Shown: one piece after another, positions 59,454 to 64,000 of the stretch
How positions within the stretch are numbered: the stretch's first letter is position 1
Layout: each line of letters begins with the position of its first letter
Source: Candidatus Woesearchaeota archaeon
GTDB taxonomy: Archaea > Nanobdellota > Nanobdellia > Woesearchaeales > ARS49
Direction of reading: 5' to 3'
Length of the DNA stretch: 64,000 bases
Assembly (NCBI GenBank): GCA_038891615.1
Contig: JAWADY010000001.1
Location: 64,001-128,000, forward strand
The notes under the pieces: model-generated
Database searches by the model: none
What the model was told of the DNA's origin: nothing
The model's input: the letters and a program-made list of their open reading frames with translations, nothing else
Made by a program: the position numbers and the translations under genes

Positions 59454-60950
59454 TTAAGTCATTGCTTTCGTGTCTTTTTCAATCCTTTTCATAAATGGGA
59501 AGAAGATTACATCACGAATGCTTGGCTGGTTTGTAAGCAGCATGACAAGCCTGTCAATTCCTATTCCAACACCACCTGTCGGTGGCATTCCATATTCTAG
59601 GGCACGTATGAAGTCTTCATCCATTGGATGTGCTTCTTTAAAGCCAGCACGAAGCTGTTTTGCCTGGGCTTCAAGAAGCGCTCTTTGAAGTAGTGGGTCA
59701 TTAAGTTCTGAATATGCATTTGCAATCTCCATTCCTGCAATGAAAAGTTCAAAGCGTTCAACAAATTCATCTGGATTAATGCGTGAAGGTTTGCAAAGCG
59801 GTGTCGTTTCTTTTGGATGCTCAATAATGAAAACCGGCTGGATCAGCTTTCCTGTAACCTCTTTCTCAAAAAGCGCTTGTATAACCTTTCCGCGTGTTAT
59901 ATCACCAGAGATTTCAAGATTGAAAGTTCTCCTTAGGTCAAAAAGCTCTTCATCAGGAAGCCTTGTGACATCTATATCTGCATGTTTTCTTATAGCATCG
60001 ACCATTGAAAGCTTTTGCCATGAGCCTTTTAGGTCTATCATGTTGCCCCTGTATTCAATTTTTGTGGTTCCGTAAAGCTTTTTTGCAGCATTTGATATTA
60101 GTCCTTCGGTTAATCCCATTATGTCATTGAAATCGGCATAAGCCTGGTAGATTTCTACTTGTGTAAACTCAGGATTATGGGTTCTATCGATGTCTTCGTT
60201 TCTGAAGTCCCGGGCAAATTCATAAACGCGGTCAATTCCACCTACGATGAGCCTCTTGAGATAAAGTTCATTGCTTATTCTTAGATAAACGTCCATTTTA
60301 AGAGCATTAAGAAATGTTTTGAATGGTCTAGCATTTGCACCGCCATAGATCGGCTGAAGGCAAGGAGTGTCAACCTCCAGAAAACCTTTTGAGTTCAGAA
60401 AATCCCGGATAGAATCGATTATCTTCGTCCTTTTTACAAACACCTCCCGAACCTCAGGATTCATTATCAAGTCAAGATACCTTTGCCTATACCTTGCCTC
60501 AATATCTTTCAGCCCGTGCCATTTTTCAGGAAGGGGACGAATGGCTTTTGCAAGCAAGTCAAATGCAGAAACAAGTACGGTGACCTCGCCTGATTTTGTT
60601 TTAAATACTGTACCTTTTGCGCCAATCCAGTCTCCAATGTCAAGAAGTTTTAGAACTTGATACTTTTCCGCACCAAGTTTGTCTTCTTTAAAGTAAAGCT
60701 GTATCCTTCCAGAGCCGTCGTCAATGTGACCAAAAGTCGCCTTCCCCATTCTGCGCATTGACATAAACCTTCCTGCGACACAGACCTTGTCCTCAGTCAC
60801 TTCATCTGGCTTTAGTTTTGAATACTTCTCCAAAAGTATTTTGGCTTTATGTGTTGGCTCGTACTTGTATGGGTAAGGTTCGATTCCAAGCTTTCTGATT
60901 TCATCAAGCTTTCTCAACCTCTCTTTTATTAGTTCCTCTTCGTTTGGCAT
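59454..60950 (-). CDS. lysS: Lysine--tRNA ligase, class II
   Basis: OB anticodon domain, RYRQRYLDL, GGANARPF, FRNE...HNPEF, YGMPPTGGVGIGIDRL. Confidence 0.97.
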   Translation of the reverse strand: MPNEEELIKERLRKLDEIRKLGIEPYPYKYEPTHKAKILLEKYSKLKPDEVTEDKVCVAGRFMSMRRMGKATFGHIDDGSGRIQLYFKEDKLGAEKYQVLKLLDIGDWIGAKGTVFKTKSGEVTVLVSAFDLLAKAIRPLPEKWHGLKDIEARYRQRYLDLIMNPEVREVFVKRTKIIDSIRDFLNSKGFLEVDTPCLQPIYGGANARPFKTFLNALKMDVYLRISNELYLKRLIVGGIDRVYEFARDFRNEDIDRTHNPEFTQVEIYQAYADFNDIMGLTEGLISNAAKKLYGTTKIEYRGNMIDLKGSWQKLSMVDAIRKHADIDVTRLPDEELFDLRRTFNLEISGDITRGKVIQALFEKEVTGKLIQPVFIIEHPKETTPLCKPSRINPDEFVERFELFIAGMEIANAYSELNDPLLQRALLEAQAKQLRAGFKEAHPMDEDFIRALEYGMPPTGGVGIGIDRLVMLLTNQPSIRDVIFFPFMKRIEKDTKAMT

Positions 60951-61076
60951 TCTTCAATCAAGCCTCACCTTCTTTATAAAGTTTTTTGCAAATAATTCGT
61001 TTACTAAAATTCAGAAAAATTTAAAAAGGACTACTCTTTCTCATTCAAAATTCATATTTAAGGGGGTGAAAAAGCA

Positions 61077-61211
61077 ATGGGATGGGAAGGTTGGCTCGCA
61101 GCCTTAGGAGGCGTGCTTGCTATACTTGGCCAACTGATAACACAGTCTTGGCTTATCTGGGTTGGTGGTATTGCAGCAGTCATATTTGGGATTTGGGCTG
61201 CAGCTAAATAA
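61077..61211 (+). CDS. Small 44-aa two-helix membrane protein (absent from ORF track)
   Basis: MGWEGWLAALGGVLAILGQLITQSWLIWVGGIAAVIFGIWAAAK*; strong RBS GGGGGTGA; followed by a T-tract. Confidence 0.8.
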   Translation: MGWEGWLAALGGVLAILGQLITQSWLIWVGGIAAVIFGIWAAAK

Positions 61212-61221
61212 TCTTTAATCT

Positions 61222-61250
61222 TATAATTTAATTTTATTTTTTTTTATTTT
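61222..61250 (+). terminator. T-rich archaeal-type terminator
   Basis: ATTTTATTTTTTTTTATTTT shortly after the stop of the small ORF. Confidence 0.5.
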
Positions 61251-61367
61251 AGAGCAAAAATTTGGCTATTTTTCCCTTTAAACAAAAAATTTATAAAGCC
61301 TGAACACAGTTGTGACTGTTTGATAGTTATGGGGCGGGGGGTGCCTGTGTGGCTTTTGAATTGAAAG

Positions 61368-64000
61368 ATGGCATCAAATTTAGAAGAATGCATAGAAAAC
61401 AAAGAAACAGCACCCGAAATCAGTGCTGAAAAAGGGCAAAAAGGTCTCCAAAATAAGATATTGGAAGAACTCTCTTTTCTGGAAAAACAAGACAAAGAAG
61501 CTTATGAAAAAATAACAAAGGAAGCAGATGAGCTATTTGCATTAAGCAAGGAAAAACAACTCCCATATACTAAGGACGATTGCCTAAAAGAGGCTTTTGA
61601 GCTCTACACTGAGCGAAGAGATAAGCCAGTTCTGATTTATTGTTCTGAAAATGCATGTCAAAAAACTAAAAACCTCGAAGAGCTTCTCAAAAAGCAGTTT
61701 GAGAAACAACAAATAAAGATTAAGAGTGTCAACGGATTGGAAGAGCTAAACGCGCTACATGGACGGCTAAAACTAAAAAGTGAATACAATTATAGTGGTA
61801 TAATTGCTCTGCTTGCGGATGAAGAAAAGACACTCATAAATCTGCAGATATACGATATAGAGACTTGTAACAAGCAAGACTTTATTTTTATATACAGCCC
61901 AAATATTCCCGATTCTGGCGAATTATCGAATGAGCAAAGAATAATTGAGTGTGGAAGAACTGAAAATCTTGATGGACGTATAAAAGATATCTATTTGCAA
62001 TGCCTTCAGGAGCTTGTTGGTTTTAAGCAAAAAGAACCTCAAGAAATTAAAACAACTTCTGAAGAAGGGCAATCAACTCTTGGATTTGATATTTTGCCTA
62101 AAATAAAAATCGCGCTCTTTTTGAACAAGCAAAATGAAGAGGAGATAACAAAAAAATATAGTGATGCTTTTGTCTTGCAAAAACCAGCAGCATCAAGCGA
62201 TTTGGATTGCAACTTAATTATTTGCGATAATCTCAGTCTCATAGAGTCAGACTTACAGAAAATCTATCGCGTTCCAATAATTTATTTCTCAAAAAGTTTG
62301 ACACCGGATGAAAAAAATGAAGCAAATGTAACTTCTCAAGCCGAAAGCAAAAAAGAATTGAAAGAATTAAATGTCTATTCTAAAGCTTCAACGGAAGAAG
62401 AACTAAACCAGATTGTCGCCGAAGCAGCAAAAGCTGTGCATGATGTTATGCATCTTGAAGAATGGTTGCCTGAAATAGCTAAAGAAATTAATTTAGACAA
62501 GATTATTGCCGCCAAAAAGGCGGGCGAAGCAGCATCAAACTTTGAAATTTATAAAAAACTTTTCACAAACCGTATCAAGGATGCAATGCTTTTCTCTTTT
62601 CTTGAAGCACAGGATGGAAGACCCAGGGCCAACATACTGGTTGATTACATGACTGACATGCTAAATAGAGGTAAAACAAAAGAGGCATGGCAGATTGGTT
62701 TGGAGTTACAAAAATATATCGGGCAAATGAGACCTGCGGGCGAAACCGACACTGGAAGAGAAGGTGGCGCATTCTTGTTTGGTCCTGTAGGGATTTTGCG
62801 TATTGATGGAAAATCACATTCTGTTAAAATTTTTTACGATAAGAAAGATAGAAAGCATTACGAAATTGCAGAACAAAGAAAAAAAGATTCAGCTTATATA
62901 ACTAAAAGCGAATCCTTTCTCAAAAGAAAGTTTAACATTGCTAAAGTTTATGAAACATTACATTATCCAGCTAGTAAAGATTTAGATAAGCTTCCTACAG
63001 ACATTCGCAACTTTTTTGACACAATAAAAGAATATGCTTGTGAAAACGAAGTTGGATATAGTTTAGCAATTCAGGGACAAGTATTTGGCCCAACCCTCTC
63101 GAACGTGCTTTTGAAAATCAATGAAAACTATGAGGCACGCAGGGAGCTTCAAAACGACCTCCGAATGATAAAGAATGCAATGCTGGAAGTATATTTTGAA
63201 CGCCTTGTGTGTTGGAACAACAACATCCCAAGAACAAAATGGGAAAAGCCAAAAGCAGAAGATGTAAAGAATTCCTATCAAAACAAATTGTTTGAAATTC
63301 TTGCGCTTTACTCAAAATATGCTGGAGTAGAATTAACAGAAAATCAAAAAAGCCTGTGGAAAGAATCTGTCAAAGCCTTGTTTGAAGCTGCGAAATGGCC
63401 TGAAAAAAGCATTGTTCGCAAAATGGATGCAAGCACAAAAAATGTGATTTTCAATTATGAAAAAGAGAACATTACATTTGACGAATTATTAAAAGTTTGC
63501 CTGAGTGAAGGCAAATCAAAAGAAAAAGTGAAAGACGTCATTAGAAAACATTTGTATCATGTTGACCTAACTCATAAACACTCTCATTTCCTTGAAGATT
63601 TTTATCATCTTGTAGATTCCTATGAGTTTTCACTCGGAATGAGCAAAATAAATAAATTGTATAAAAATTATATAAAAGCAATTGGGCTAAAAGATGTTGG
63701 TCAAGATACCTATACGCGTTATCTTATGGGGGCATATAATTCACTAAAAAGGGTCTATTTGTTACCGCATTATTTTCAAAAGGTTTTCCAGGAGTATGAG
63801 AACGGATTCATAAGCCAAACTAAGTTTTACGCACGAAAAAGTAAATTAGAGAAAGAAGTACCTTATCGTGTCGAACGTGTTAAAAAATATTTTGACTTGT
63901 TTAAAGAATCCCTGTTTAAGGTGAACAAAAACGGCTGGAAAGAGGATGTAGCTCAACTCGTTCAAGAAGTTGTAATACCGTACAAGAATAAAGCAATCAC
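61368..64000 (+). CDS. Large protein (>877 aa, runs off window) with protein-kinase-like/APH fold
   Basis: Open from MASNLEEC to the window end; HSVKIF (K487), VFGPTL, RKMDASTKNVIF (DxxxxN), LYHVD, HFLEDF. Confidence 0.7.
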   Translation, partial: MASNLEECIENKETAPEISAEKGQKGLQNKILEELSFLEKQDKEAYEKITKEADELFALSKEKQLPYTKDDCLKEAFELYTERRDKPVLIYCSENACQKTKNLEELLKKQFEKQQIKIKSVNGLEELNALHGRLKLKSEYNYSGIIALLADEEKTLINLQIYDIETCNKQDFIFIYSPNIPDSGELSNEQRIIECGRTENLDGRIKDIYLQCLQELVGFKQKEPQEIKTTSEEGQSTLGFDILPKIKIALFLNKQNEEEITKKYSDAFVLQKPAASSDLDCNLIICDNLSLIESDLQKIYRVPIIYFSKSLTPDEKNEANVTSQAESKKELKELNVYSKASTEEELNQIVAEAAKAVHDVMHLEEWLPEIAKEINLDKIIAAKKAGEAASNFEIYKKLFTNRIKDAMLFSFLEAQDGRPRANILVDYMTDMLNRGKTKEAWQIGLELQKYIGQMRPAGETDTGREGGAFLFGPVGILRIDGKSHSVKIFYDKKDRKHYEIAEQRKKDSAYITKSESFLKRKFNIAKVYETLHYPASKDLDKLPTDIRNFFDTIKEYACENEVGYSLAIQGQVFGPTLSNVLLKINENYEARRELQNDLRMIKNAMLEVYFERLVCWNNNIPRTKWEKPKAEDVKNSYQNKLFEILALYSKYAGVELTENQKSLWKESVKALFEAAKWPEKSIVRKMDASTKNVIFNYEKENITFDELLKVCLSEGKSKEKVKDVIRKHLYHVDLTHKHSHFLEDFYHLVDSYEFSLGMSKINKLYKNYIKAIGLKDVGQDTYTRYLMGAYNSLKRVYLLPHYFQKVFQEYENGFISQTKFYARKSKLEKEVPYRVERVKKYFDLFKESLFKVNKNGWKEDVAQLVQEVVIPYKNKAI

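Overview
Gene-dense archaeal chromosomal segment using the standard genetic code. Archaeal ribosomal proteins, aIF2a, Nop10, Bud32, SRP54, TATA-box promoters and intron-containing tRNAs, together with many Cys-rich surface proteins, bacterial-type GyrB and GpmI and class II LysRS, suggest a DPANN organism, most likely Woesearchaeota-like (inference). Housekeeping blocks flank several unexplained elements: (1) a ~17.6 kb co-oriented cluster with two paralogous modules, each a class III (pilin-like) signal peptide protein coupled to a large Ig-like/Cys-rich protein, followed by a tandem Fis-type HTH regulator; (2) a coupled operon of a degenerate Toprim protein, a Thg1-like 3'-5' polymerase, a PD-(D/E)XK-like protein and a divergent cap-less, PIP-less FEN1 homolog, ending at tRNA-Leu, a candidate 5'-end repair/editing system; (3) a 2.5-copy 80-bp hairpin repeat after tRNA-Lys; (4) a structured region upstream of ftsZ, opposite a wHTH-like gene; (5) a large kinase-like ORF running off the right edge. 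Three tRNAs are present (Lys-CTT and Pro-GGG with introns, Leu-CAG). No CRISPR array, rRNA, integrase or transposase was seen. All family calls come from motif recognition by eye, not database searches.
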